Assembly (NCBI RefSeq): GCF_030384885.1 | Contig: NZ_CP128613.1 | Strand: one strand, 5' to 3' | Source: Escherichia coli | GTDB taxonomy: Bacteria; Pseudomonadota; Gammaproteobacteria; Enterobacterales; Enterobacteriaceae | DNA: 64,000 nt | Shown: one piece after another, positions 44,276-56,709 of the stretch | How the letters are laid out: the number at the start of each line of letters is the position of its first letter | Numbering within the stretch: the stretch's first letter is position 1 | The notes under the pieces: generated by a model | Told to the model about the DNA's origin: nothing | Database searches by the model: none | What the model saw: the letters and a program-made list of their open reading frames with translations, nothing else | Position numbers and translations under genes: made by a program

Positions 44276-46708
44276 CTACAACAACTGCGCCAGACGGTTA
44301 ATATCCGACTGAATCGCCCCGGCGGTGACGTCGCGCCCTGCGCCTGGCCCACGGATCACCAGCGGGTTGTCGCGATACCAGCGGCTTTCGATGGCAAAGA
44401 CGTTATCGCACGGTAGTAGTGATGCCAGCGGATGGTCTTCTCGCACCGCTTCCACGCCTACTCGCGCTTTGCCGTTAGCATCGAAACGCGCCACGTAGCG
44501 CAACACCAGCCCCATTTCACGGGCCGCTTCCAACCGTTGTACCATCTGCTCATTAAGTTCATCGCCATTTTCAAAGAAATGGTCGATGCTGCCACCTTCG
44601 CAATGGGTTGGCACCAGTGATTCAACACGCACCTGGTCCGGTTCAATGTTGTAACCCGCTTCACGCGCCAGAATCACCAGCTTGCGCATCACATCTTTGC
44701 CGGAGAGGTCATCACGCGGGTCAGGTTCAGTTAAGCCCTGCTGCCACGCCTGATCCACCAGCTCAGTAAACGGCACGCTACCGTCGAATTGCAGGAACAG
44801 CCAGGAGAGCGTGCCGGAGAAGATCCCGCTGATCGACAAAATAGTGTCGCCGCTGTCGATCAGATCGCGCACGGTATGGTTGATCGGCAAACCTGCGCCG
44901 ACGGTGGCGTTGTATAGCCAGTGACGCCCGGTTTTTTCGAACGCGTCGTGGATCTGTCGATATTTATTGCTGTCGCTGGCTCCCGCCAGTTTGTTGGCAC
45001 TGATGACGTGGAAACCGTGGCTGGCGAAATCGAGATACTGATCAGCAAGCTGCTGGCTGGCAGTAACGTCCAGCACCACTAAATCATCATACGGATGGGC
45101 ACGCATCCACAGGAACAGCGACTCTTCATCCTGTTCGACGGCTTCATCATTAAAGAAGGCTAGCGCACGGCTGGCGTCCAGCCCGTCATAGCTCAACAGG
45201 CTGCGACGGCTGTCCACCACGCCTGCCAGCACAAATTCAAAGCCGGTGCGCGCCGAGAGCGTGCTCTGCTCACGGGCGAACAGTTCCAGCCAGCGGGAAC
45301 CGATATTGCCCTTACCGAACAATACCAGGCCGATGCGTTTTTCTGCGCGGAAGACGGACTGATGCAGCCCCTGAATCAGGCTTTCGGTAGGTCCGGTACG
45401 CAGTACTGCCACCAGGCTGATGCCGTCATCGGACTGCCAGGTAAATTCGACCGGCTGGCCTTTCAGTTGCTGCCAGAAGCGGTGGCAATGCAGCGGGTTA
45501 CGGGTGACGCCTGCACCAACCATCGCCACCAGCGCCAGCCCCTGACGCAGGCGCAGTTCGCCAGGTAATCCTGCTTCGTCGAGGATTTTCAGCGCACTAT
45601 CGGCCACTTCCGAGGTGTAGCAAAATTGCAGCAACTGGCGATCGTTATGCACGCCAACCGCCAGTGGGCGCACCTGAGCACGTTTCAGGATTTGGTCGAT
45701 CTCTTTATGCGCCAGTTTGAAATCCTGACTGGCGGGCACCTGAAACTCAATCAAACAGACATCATCGTGGCTGGTGACAATACGCGCGCCAGTACCGGAA
45801 GCCAGCACGCGTTCAATGCGCGTGGAACCTTGATCCGGCGTGTAGCTACAGCGCAGCTGCAGGTCGATTTCACTGCCAGAAACTGGCTGTAAAGTACGGG
45901 CGTGAAGAACGGGGGCCGCCAGACGCGCCAGTTCACTGGCTTCATCAAGACGCAGCAATGGCAGCAGGCAGGCATCTTTCACTTTACGCGGGTCAGCGCT
46001 GTATACCCCGGCGACGTCGCTCCAGATGGTTACGCGGGAAACTCCCGCCAGCGCACCGATTTGTGTCGCGGAATAGTCGGAACCGTTACGCCCCAGCAGC
46101 ACCGTTTCACCGGCGTTGTTACGGCTGATAAACCCGGTCACCACCAGACGTTTGCCCGGATGTTGTACCAGTAGCTGTTGCAGCAACGGGTAAGAAAGCC
46201 CTTCATCAACCTGCGGCTGCGCGGCGCGTTCAGCGCGTAAAAACTCGCGGGCATCAAGCCAGGCCGCAGGCAATCCTTGTTGATTAAGTACCGCAGACAT
46301 CAGGCGCGCCGACCACACTTCACCGTGGCCCACCACTTCCGCATACACCGCATCGTTAATACCGCTGTCGAGCAGCGCCGCCAGGCGTTCCAGATCGCTG
46401 ACAAAAGCGCTAATGAGGCTATCGGCTTCTTCGGCGGGTAGCAGGCCGCTAATCAGATCGCACTGATAGCGACGCAGCGTTTGTTGAACCTGATGCGCAG
46501 AGAGACGATCGGTCTGGCTTAGTTTCAACCAGTTAATCAACTGGTTAGTGGTGCTACCGGCGGCGGAAACCACCATCATATCGTCAGGCTGAGAGTACTC
46601 CGCCATAATGCCCGCGACACGCAAATAACACTTCACATCAGCCAGACTACTGCCACCAAATTTATGCAGTTGACGACCTTTCGCCCCTGCCTGCGCAATC
46701 ACACTCAT
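44276..46708 (-). CDS. metL: Bifunctional aspartokinase II / homoserine dehydrogenase II
   Basis: 810 aa, MSVIAQAGAKGRQLHKFGGSSLADVKCYLRVAGIMAEY... Confidence 0.95.
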   Translation of the reverse strand: MSVIAQAGAKGRQLHKFGGSSLADVKCYLRVAGIMAEYSQPDDMMVVSAAGSTTNQLINWLKLSQTDRLSAHQVQQTLRRYQCDLISGLLPAEEADSLISAFVSDLERLAALLDSGINDAVYAEVVGHGEVWSARLMSAVLNQQGLPAAWLDAREFLRAERAAQPQVDEGLSYPLLQQLLVQHPGKRLVVTGFISRNNAGETVLLGRNGSDYSATQIGALAGVSRVTIWSDVAGVYSADPRKVKDACLLPLLRLDEASELARLAAPVLHARTLQPVSGSEIDLQLRCSYTPDQGSTRIERVLASGTGARIVTSHDDVCLIEFQVPASQDFKLAHKEIDQILKRAQVRPLAVGVHNDRQLLQFCYTSEVADSALKILDEAGLPGELRLRQGLALVAMVGAGVTRNPLHCHRFWQQLKGQPVEFTWQSDDGISLVAVLRTGPTESLIQGLHQSVFRAEKRIGLVLFGKGNIGSRWLELFAREQSTLSARTGFEFVLAGVVDSRRSLLSYDGLDASRALAFFNDEAVEQDEESLFLWMRAHPYDDLVVLDVTASQQLADQYLDFASHGFHVISANKLAGASDSNKYRQIHDAFEKTGRHWLYNATVGAGLPINHTVRDLIDSGDTILSISGIFSGTLSWLFLQFDGSVPFTELVDQAWQQGLTEPDPRDDLSGKDVMRKLVILAREAGYNIEPDQVRVESLVPTHCEGGSIDHFFENGDELNEQMVQRLEAAREMGLVLRYVARFDANGKARVGVEAVREDHPLASLLPCDNVFAIESRWYRDNPLVIRGPGAGRDVTAGAIQSDINRLAQLL

Positions 46709-46710
46709 TT

Positions 46711-47871
46711 TTACCCCTTGTTTGCAGCCCGGAAGCCATTTTCCAGGTCGGCAATTAAATCTTCGCCATCTTCAATACCGGTGGAGATACGCAGCAGCGT
46801 CTCGGAGATCCCGGCGGCAGCACGCGCTTCTGGTGCCATGCCTGCATGTGTCATGGTTGCGGCGTGAGAGATTAAACTTTCCACTCCCCCTAATGATTCC
46901 GCCAGCGTAAACAACGACAACCCGCCCAGGAAACGACGCAGCGTCTGCTCATCGCCATCCAGTTCAAAACTCAACATTGCGCCAAAGCCTTTTTGCTGGC
47001 GCGCGGCAATTTCATGCCCCTGATTTTCCGGCAGCGACGGGTGATACAGTTTTTTCACTAACGGCTGGGTTTGCAGATATTTCACTATCGCCTGCGCGTT
47101 GCGCTGCGCCAGCTCCATACGCGGCACCAGCGTTCGCAAACCGCGCAGCAACAAATAACTGTCAAACGCGCCGCCCGTCACGCCAATATTGTTTGCCCAC
47201 CAGGCCAGTTCGGTGACAACGTCCGGGTCTTTAGCAATCACCACGCCAGCCACTACATCTGAGTGACCGTTCAGATATTTCGTGCATGAATGCAACACCA
47301 GATCGGCACCTAATGCCAGTGGATTTTGTAATGCCGGGCTTAAGAAGGTGTTATCCACCACGCTCACCGCCCCGACTTCCCTTGCCAGATGGCAGATTTT
47401 CGCAATATCCACGACGCGTAACAATGGATTACTTGGGCTTTCTACCAGTACTAGTTTGGGTTTTTCTGCCAGTGCAGCCTGCAATGCCTGCTCATCTCCT
47501 TGATCAACAAACAGCACGCGATAACAGCCGCGTTTCGCCAGGCTGTCGAACAGGCGATAGCTGCCGCCGTAGCAGTCGTGCGGCGCAACCAGCAAATCGC
47601 CAGGTTTCAAAAAGACGGTCGTTACCAGGTGGATGGCAGACATGCCGGTATTAGTCAGCACTGCACCAGCACCGCCTTCCAGTTCAGCCAGCGCACGCTG
47701 AACCACATCGCGCGTTGGGTTGCCGCGACGCGAGTAATCATGCGCGCGCGGTTCATTAAATCCGGTAAAGTTATAGGTGCTGGAAAGATGGATGGGAGGG
47801 ACAACGCAACCATACTGTTCGTCGTCATTTAACCCGCTACGCACTGCAATGGTGGCCTGTTTACGCGTCAT
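46711..47871 (-). CDS. metB: Cystathionine gamma-synthase
   Basis: MTRKQATIAVRSGLNDDEQYGCVVPPIHLSSTYNF...; start at internal Met giving 386 aa. Confidence 0.95.
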   Translation of the reverse strand: MTRKQATIAVRSGLNDDEQYGCVVPPIHLSSTYNFTGFNEPRAHDYSRRGNPTRDVVQRALAELEGGAGAVLTNTGMSAIHLVTTVFLKPGDLLVAPHDCYGGSYRLFDSLAKRGCYRVLFVDQGDEQALQAALAEKPKLVLVESPSNPLLRVVDIAKICHLAREVGAVSVVDNTFLSPALQNPLALGADLVLHSCTKYLNGHSDVVAGVVIAKDPDVVTELAWWANNIGVTGGAFDSYLLLRGLRTLVPRMELAQRNAQAIVKYLQTQPLVKKLYHPSLPENQGHEIAARQQKGFGAMLSFELDGDEQTLRRFLGGLSLFTLAESLGGVESLISHAATMTHAGMAPEARAAAGISETLLRISTGIEDGEDLIADLENGFRAANKG

Positions 47872-48147
47872 GTGATGAAGTTCCCTGGGCTTGGTCGGTG
47901 AAATGTCAGGCACCAGAGTAAACATTGTGTTAATGGACGTCAATACATCTGGACATCTAAACTTCTTTGCGTATAGATTGAGCAAATCCCAAATAGCCGT
48001 TAAAATTATATGCATTATCACGCCGACAGGTGCATTACACGATGTCACGGTAACGCCTGTACGGTAAACTATGCGGGTTTACGGTCAGTACCCACATAAA
48101 TTGTGTGGTCTGATCTCAATTTATTGACGAAGAGGATTAAGTATCTC
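47872..48147. promoter_or_regulatory. metB / metJ divergent promoter region with met-box-like repeats
   Basis: acatctggacatctaaac contains AGATGT repeats typical of MetJ boxes; between divergent metB and metJ. Confidence 0.45.
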
Positions 48148-48465
48148 ATGGCTGAATGGAGCGGCGAATATATCAGCCCATACGCTGAGCACGGCAAGAA
48201 GAGTGAACAAGTCAAAAAGATTACGGTTTCCATTCCTCTTAAGGTGTTAAAAATCCTCACCGATGAACGCACGCGTCGTCAGGTGAACAACCTGCGTCAC
48301 GCTACCAACAGCGAGCTGCTGTGCGAAGCGTTTCTGCATGCCTTTACCGGGCAACCTCTGCCGGATGATGCCGACCTGCGTAAAGAGCGCAGCGACGAAA
48401 TCCCGGAAGCGGCAAAAGAGATCATGCGTGAGATGGGGATTAACCCGGAAACGTGGGAATACTAA
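48148..48465 (+). CDS. metJ: Methionine repressor MetJ
   Basis: [66 protein letters not shown]..., 105 aa. Confidence 0.95.
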
Positions 48466-48524
48466 AGCGGAAAAGAGCGGCGCGGAGTTAACCAGCCGCT
48501 TTTTTCATACATGGACGTTTAACT

Positions 48525-49133
48525 ATGAAATACAGGCTACTGATCCTCAACCTGCTGGTTTCTGTGCCTGCCTTTGCCTGGCAGCCGCAAACTGGCGACA
48601 TCATCTTTCAAATCTCTCGCTCATCGCAAAGTAAAGCGATCCAACTGGCGACCCATTCCGATTACAGCCACACCGGTATGCTGGTGATGCGTAACAAAAA
48701 GCCCTACGTTTTTGAAGCGGTCGGCCCGGTGAAATACACCCCGCTCAAGCAGTGGATCGCCCATGGTGAAAAGGGTAAATACGTTGTTCGCCGCGTTGAA
48801 GGCGGACTGAGTGTTGAACAACAGCAAAAACTGGCGCAAACGGCAAAACGTTATCTCGGAAAACCGTACGATTTCAGCTTCTCATGGAGCGACGATCGCC
48901 AGTACTGTTCGGAAGTGGTGTGGAAGGTTTACCAGAATGCGCTGGGGATGCGCGTGGGTGAACAGCAAAAACTGAAAGAGTTCGATCTCAGCAACCCGCT
49001 GGTTCAGGCGAAGCTCAAAGAACGTTACGGGAAAAATATTCCGCTTGAGGAAACGGTGGTCTCGCCACAAGCCGTTTTCGATGCGCCACAACTCACCACA
49101 GTCGCCAAAGAATGGCCGCTGTTTTCGTGGTAA
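48525..49133 (+). CDS. yiiX: YiiX-family secreted protein (permuted papain-like fold)
   Basis: 202 aa with signal peptide MKYRLLILNLLVSVPAFA. Confidence 0.85.
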   Translation: MKYRLLILNLLVSVPAFAWQPQTGDIIFQISRSSQSKAIQLATHSDYSHTGMLVMRNKKPYVFEAVGPVKYTPLKQWIAHGEKGKYVVRRVEGGLSVEQQQKLAQTAKRYLGKPYDFSFSWSDDRQYCSEVVWKVYQNALGMRVGEQQKLKEFDLSNPLVQAKLKERYGKNIPLEETVVSPQAVFDAPQLTTVAKEWPLFSW

Positions 49134-49136
49134 TGG

Positions 49137-49225
49137 ATGATGAAAAAAATAATTCCCGCCGTAGTCTGTTTGTTGCTTTGTAGTTGCACGACCTTTCCGC
49201 AAGCTGTCGCTCCGGCAGGGAAAGA
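49137..49225 (+). pseudogene. Lipoprotein gene start, apparently truncated by the adjacent H-repeat element
   Basis: MMKKIIPAVVCLLLCSCTT has a signal peptide with lipobox LLCSC; the reading frame then runs antisense into the transposase gene. Confidence 0.3.
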
Positions 49226-50362
49226 TTACGAAAGCCCGCTCCCAGCAAGGACTGACGCCAGATACTTTCTGTCCATGGCTGCTTTTCGCATCTTACGTCT
49301 TAACCCTGCCTTGAATACCTTATCATTCGTTAAAATATTAATAGCGATGTGCCGTATCCCTGAAAATAATTCTGCGGCGTTTCCTCTTCGTATTTTGCAG
49401 TCGTCTTCATTCATTACCACGTCCAGACGCCAGTGCAGCTTATTCTCCACGTGCCAGTGGTTTCGGATTGCTGTGGCGAACTTTTCTGCGGTTAAATCAG
49501 CAGAACTGATATAATATCTGACCGTCATTTCTGGCTCTTTCTTTTGTTCTGCTATTATTGACCGAAAGGAGAATGCCACGCATAATTTCTTCAGTCCTTT
49601 CCATTCAAACGTGAAATCAATAAGTTCATCACGGACATCGCAAACAATATGAAGACGGATTTCTTCTCTGCCGTGACTCTTTTCACTCATTGCGTAACTG
49701 TCATGCTCTGGATTATTTAATTCTTTCAGCGGAAATTTTTCCTCGAAGGCTTTATTTAGCCGCCCCTGGTTTCCTTTTACAGCGAATACATAATCACCGC
49801 CCTGTTTTTGTATCTTCTCTGCAATATCTTTCTGGCAACCCATCGCATCAGTTGTGATGATTTTTCCTTTAATATCCAGCATGTTAAGAAGTTCAGGGAT
49901 AGCTGTAATTTCATTGGATTTCTCATCCGTCCTGATCTGTCCGATGACCAGACTGTGCATTGTTGAGAATGCACTAATGACATGAATCGCTCCCCTGCGG
50001 CGACTCTTGTCATAAGAATGCCGGAGTGTTTTTCCATCAATTGCGATGACGTCTTTATCATCTGAAGTATGGCAATCTCGCATCCAGTTAATAAAGCACT
50101 CGTGAAATTTTGAAGGACTGATACAGGATACAACTCTGGCGATGGTATCGTGAACAGGAATACCATTTTCAAAATCACCATATTGTTTTAAAAAATCGCG
50201 ATGTGCTTCCCCAAAATCCTCTATATGTTCCCAGCCTTCTGCACCAGAAATAACGGCGCAAATAGTCAACAGTAGAATATCCGATAATTTATGTTCCACT
50301 TTCCAGGTTTGTCTGTAATCGGGGATAATAGAAATATGTTCCATCAATTTTTTAAGTTCCAT
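49226..50362 (-). mobile_element. H-repeat-associated (ISAs1-family) transposase gene, intact ORF
   Basis: 378 aa, [59 protein letters not shown]... matches Rhs-associated H-rpt proteins as recalled; element ends not mapped. Confidence 0.8.
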
Positions 50363-50469
50363 TCTTTTCTCCTTAATTATGTAAGGAGTATTTGATCATG
50401 TATAAGCAATAAAAAAACAGCTTCAGGCAATGAGGAATATCTCAATTTTTAAACATAAAATGCGAATTG

Positions 50470-50905
50470 TTTAGTACAAAAAAGCAGCGTTAAGTGAGTA
50501 GGCCACCGGAACCTCCCCGACAGCCTCTCGCAGAACCGTACGTGAAACTCTCGCTTCATACGGCTCCCGTCAGGCAAACGCGCTTCCTGGTCCTGCTTTC
50601 CAGTGGGCAAACAACTCCGGCTTCTCTTTTGACAGCCTTTCCATTAGCTGACACGCCTTCGTCTTTCTATACCGCAGGGTTTTATATTTCTTTCTCGCCC
50701 ACGCAATCAGCGTCAGATTAATATATCTGCATACTTTCTTCATCGCTGATTTGTGGTATCTCGCGTAATAATTCAGCCACCCCAATATTATCGGATTCAG
50801 CCACTTCGCAATATCTTCGAGACTCATCTCCACCCTGCGTCTGATCCACAGTTTCCTGAGTTTTCCAATCATGCCTTCGGGTTTACTCATCTCACTGTAT
50901 CTCAC
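50470..50905 (-). mobile_element. Group II intron 3' remnant: maturase C-terminal fragment plus domain V
   Basis: ORF fragment has maturase motif WLNPIILGWLNYYARY; just downstream, minus-strand 50566-50533 reads GAGCCGTATGAAGCGAGAGTTTCACGTACGGTTC, a 34-nt domain-V-type hairpin. Confidence 0.6.
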
Positions 50906-51111
50906 ATAGGATCAGATCTCGTCTGATCGTTCCCCCTGCGCTCACTACCATGGCTCTTTACCACAGCAGCCGGGGTTGTTTGGGACCGACTTCCGACAGC
51001 AGATCCCGGTGGGCCTGCCACCATCTCTTCACAAGCTTATGCTTATTACATGCAAAACGTCCCGTTTTGCATCTTTGTGCCTACGGCACACCGTGATCTT
51101 TCCCTGTCGGC

Positions 51112-51330
51112 ATGTTGACCACTGACGAATGGGGTAGTTACGCTAGAGAGTTACCAAAGGAGAAGCATCTGACTGGTAAGATTTTTACTCAGCATATTGA
51201 GCGTAACAATCTGACCCTGAGAACCCGAATCAAACGTCTGGCCCGCAGAACCATCTGTTTCTCGCGTTCTGTAGAACTTCATGAAAAAGTCATCGGTGCT
51301 TTTATCGAAAATATATGTTCTACTAATTGG
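51112..51330 (+). pseudogene. IS1-family InsB transposase C-terminal fragment
   Basis: …DEWGSYARELPKEKHLTGKIFTQHIERNNLTLRTRIKRLARRTICFSRSVELHEKVIG… parallels the InsB C-terminus (…[37 protein letters not shown]…); no N-terminal part present. Confidence 0.6.
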
Positions 51331-51395
51331 AGTCATCACCCTTCTGATGAGCTTTCCTTGGATGATTACCAGACTGAATACATAGCCAAAGATTT

Positions 51396-51755
51396 TTACC
51401 TCATTCTGCTTTTTTTTCTCAAATGACATATATTATATTTTACATCATATTCATAGGCATATGACATTCCCCCGCCCCCCATTATGTCATTGTGGGTTGA
51501 TGTTGGGCTTTCATAAAAAAATACATCTTTTTTTGAACTAGCATTAATTATATTTACTTTATATATTAAAATATTTTCTCCATCTGGAAATATTTTAGCC
51601 ACACAATATAAAGCAGCCAAATCCGAATTACTTAAAAATATATTGTCATCACTCATAACTCCAGCCATTAAATGACTGGAGACTAAAGCAAGGAAATAAC
51701 AACATTGTATTGCCTTCATTTTAATTACTCCCTTGCCTGATAATTGTAACTCCAT
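51396..51755 (-). CDS. Putative Rhs-toxin immunity protein (secreted/membrane-anchored); 3' end may be truncated by the IS1 fragment
   Basis: ORF directly downstream of and overlapping the Rhs C-terminal tip; internal start [21 protein letters not shown] looks like a signal peptide; AT-rich. Confidence 0.45.
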   Translation of the reverse strand: MELQLSGKGVIKMKAIQCCYFLALVSSHLMAGVMSDDNIFLSNSDLAALYCVAKIFPDGENILIYKVNIINASSKKDVFFYESPTSTHNDIMGGGGMSYAYEYDVKYNICHLRKKSRMR

Positions 51756-52275
51756 TCCCTTTAGCTTTGGGATTATATTTTAGATAGGTGTTATTTGGTG
51801 TTCCCAAGTAACTACTGTATTCTTTTTTTCCCATTCCATTCATATAAGAATTCGTTAAATCTTTGCTTGAAAAATTTAGACTATCATAAACATCATTTTC
51901 TTTTGTTACTTTATTTCCTTTATCGTCAGAGTAAAAACCGTGAGTGTGATAATCGCCTACTCTCTCTGAACCTTCAGGGCATTTTATATTTCGCAAGTCT
52001 ACACTATCATTATCATTTGAACTTATCGGATTCATGGGGAAATATTCACCTTGCTTCTTACATATTAGTCCACCATATTCTTTATTCTCGTTAATTGATT
52101 CTCCATTACACATTGCCAATGCAAATATTCCAATATCATCTATATTTTTTGATTTAAATTCATATAATCCTAATGGATCCATGCCATTCACCGGGCTCAG
52201 CGGATATGTATACAGGTTCCATCCCCCCTTCAGCCCAATCGGATCCTGAGTGATATACCGCCCCTGTAACCGTCC
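51721..52275 (-). pseudogene. Rhs core-end plus C-terminal toxin tip (RhsA-CT-like), detached from any intact rhs core
   Basis: Open frame reads [36 protein letters not shown]…; tip contains [16 protein letters not shown], resembling the K-12 RhsA C-terminal region as recalled. Confidence 0.6.
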
Positions 52276-52664
52276 TCACCGGGAAACAGGTGCTCAAAAT
52301 ACAGGCTTCTGCCGCCGTTATCACTGAGTATCAGAGTGTTATCGCGCAGCTGCAAGCGGATATCCGCAGGCATTTTCCAGCCGGGGCCGAGGCTCCCCAC
52401 CGGCGCGGGCGTTTTTGTCCGGTAACTGCTGTAGGTGCGGGAGAGGATGAACGGCAGCGGGCCGGGCAGGGCAAGGTCGGTTTCGCCGGGAAGGACCTTC
52501 GCACCGAGCAGCGGATTGACCGGATGGCCGGACGTCACCCCGCCGGGGCACACCGAACAGGCCACGCCGGTGGGGGCACCAATACGTACCCCGGCAGAAC
52601 CCTGGACAATGGGGCCACCATACTGCGTCATGTCGCCCTGACGCGCCGCCGGTTTTCCGCTCAT
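52230..52664 (-). pseudogene. Rhs N-terminal fragment (PAAR-like region), 144 codons then stop
   Basis: MSGKPAARQGDMTQYGGPIVQGSAGVRIGAPTGVACSVCPGG… matches Rhs N-termini; frame differs from the downstream core-end/CT frame. Confidence 0.7.
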
Positions 52665-52783
52665 CGTAAAATCCTTTTAAAATAAATAAGAACCAGAAGC
52701 CTAGCGCCAGTCAACAACAGGAAATGATAATGAGTTAACACCCCGGAATGTTTCAGAATTTATAAAAGGCAAATTACAGGCAC

Positions 52784-52811
52784 AAAAAAAGCGCCGTGCG
52801 GCGCTTTTTTC
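52784..52811 (-). terminator. rpmE rho-independent terminator
   Basis: aaaaaaagcgccg-tgc-ggcgcttttttc; on the minus strand the hairpin is followed by a T-run. Confidence 0.6.
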
Positions 52812-52823
52812 GGAAATCCGGTC

Positions 52824-53075
<252 letters not shown>

Positions 53076-53079
53076 CTAA

Positions 53080-55437
<2,358 letters not shown>

Positions 55438-55592
55438 TGCGCAAACGATGCGAGGCGGATCGAAAAATTCAATATTCATCACACTTTTCATGAAAATTCT
55501 GTAACCGTTTTCACGCGCTATCTGCTAAAAATGTTGCCGATGTGAAGTAAACATGGAAGTAGTACGCCTGCCGTGCCGGGCGAGGAGTGAGT

Positions 55593-56618
55593 GTGAAAGC
55601 GAAGAAGCAGGAAACTGCCGCGACCATGAAAGACGTTGCCCTGAAGGCAAAAGTCTCTACAGCGACCGTCTCCCGAGCATTAATGAATCCCGATAAAGTC
55701 TCCCAGGCCACCCGTAATCGGGTTGAAAAAGCGGCCCGGGAAGTAGGTTATTTGCCGCAGCCTATGGGGCGCAACGTCAAACGTAATGAATCCCGCACCA
55801 TTCTGGTGATTGTCCCGGATATCTGCGATCCCTTCTTTAGCGAAATTATTCGCGGTATCGAAGTTACGGCGGCAAATCACGGATATCTGGTGCTGATTGG
55901 CGACTGTGCGCATCAAAATCAGCAGGAAAAAACCTTTATCGATTTGATTATCACCAAGCAAATTGATGGCATGTTGCTGCTGGGTTCAAGGCTGCCGTTT
56001 GATGCCAGCATTGAGGAACAGCGTAATCTGCCGCCGATGGTGATGGCGAACGAATTTGCGCCGGAACTGGAGCTGCCTACAGTTCATATCGACAATCTGA
56101 CCGCCGCATTTGATGCAGTAAATTATTTATATGAGCAAGGTCATAAACGGATTGGCTGTATAGCCGGTCCCGAAGAGATGCCGCTGTGTCACTACCGCCT
56201 GCAAGGCTACGTTCAGGCGCTGCGTCGCTGCGGCATTATGGTTGATCCGCAATACATCGCCCGGGGCGACTTCTCCTTTGAAGCCGGAAGCAAAGCGATG
56301 CAACAGCTGCTTGCTCTTCCGCAACCGCCTACTGCTGTCTTCTGCCATAGCGATGTAATGGCGCTCGGCGCACTTTCTCAGGCAAAACGCCAGGGGCTGA
56401 AAGTCCCGGAAGACCTTTCCATAATCGGTTTTGATAACATCGACCTGACGCAATTTTGTGATCCGCCGCTGACAACCATCGCGCAGCCGCGTTACGAAAT
56501 CGGTCGGGAAGCTATGCTGTTATTGCTTGATCAAATGCAGGGGCAACACGTTGGCAGTGGCTCTCGTTTAATGGACTGCGAACTTATCATCCGGGGATCA
56601 ACGCGCGCGTTACCTTAA
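55593..56618 (+). CDS. cytR: LacI-family transcriptional repressor CytR
   Basis: GTG start after GAGGAG RBS; VKAKKQETAATMKDVALKAKVSTATVSRAL… HTH. Confidence 0.92.
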   Translation: MKAKKQETAATMKDVALKAKVSTATVSRALMNPDKVSQATRNRVEKAAREVGYLPQPMGRNVKRNESRTILVIVPDICDPFFSEIIRGIEVTAANHGYLVLIGDCAHQNQQEKTFIDLIITKQIDGMLLLGSRLPFDASIEEQRNLPPMVMANEFAPELELPTVHIDNLTAAFDAVNYLYEQGHKRIGCIAGPEEMPLCHYRLQGYVQALRRCGIMVDPQYIARGDFSFEAGSKAMQQLLALPQPPTAVFCHSDVMALGALSQAKRQGLKVPEDLSIIGFDNIDLTQFCDPPLTTIAQPRYEIGREAMLLLLDQMQGQHVGSGSRLMDCELIIRGSTRALP

Positions 56619-56709
56619 AGTAAACCTTTAAGACTGCCGTGACTGGTCAAAGGCCCGCCGCTTAAGTAACATGGCGGGCTGACGAACGAATAAATACAGC
56701 GAAACGATA

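Noticed and set aside
52290-52685. 131-aa plus-strand ORF and other small ORFs across the Rhs N-terminal fragment
   Set aside because: Antisense to the clearly Rhs-derived minus-strand frame; GC-rich Rhs DNA typically leaves open antisense frames.
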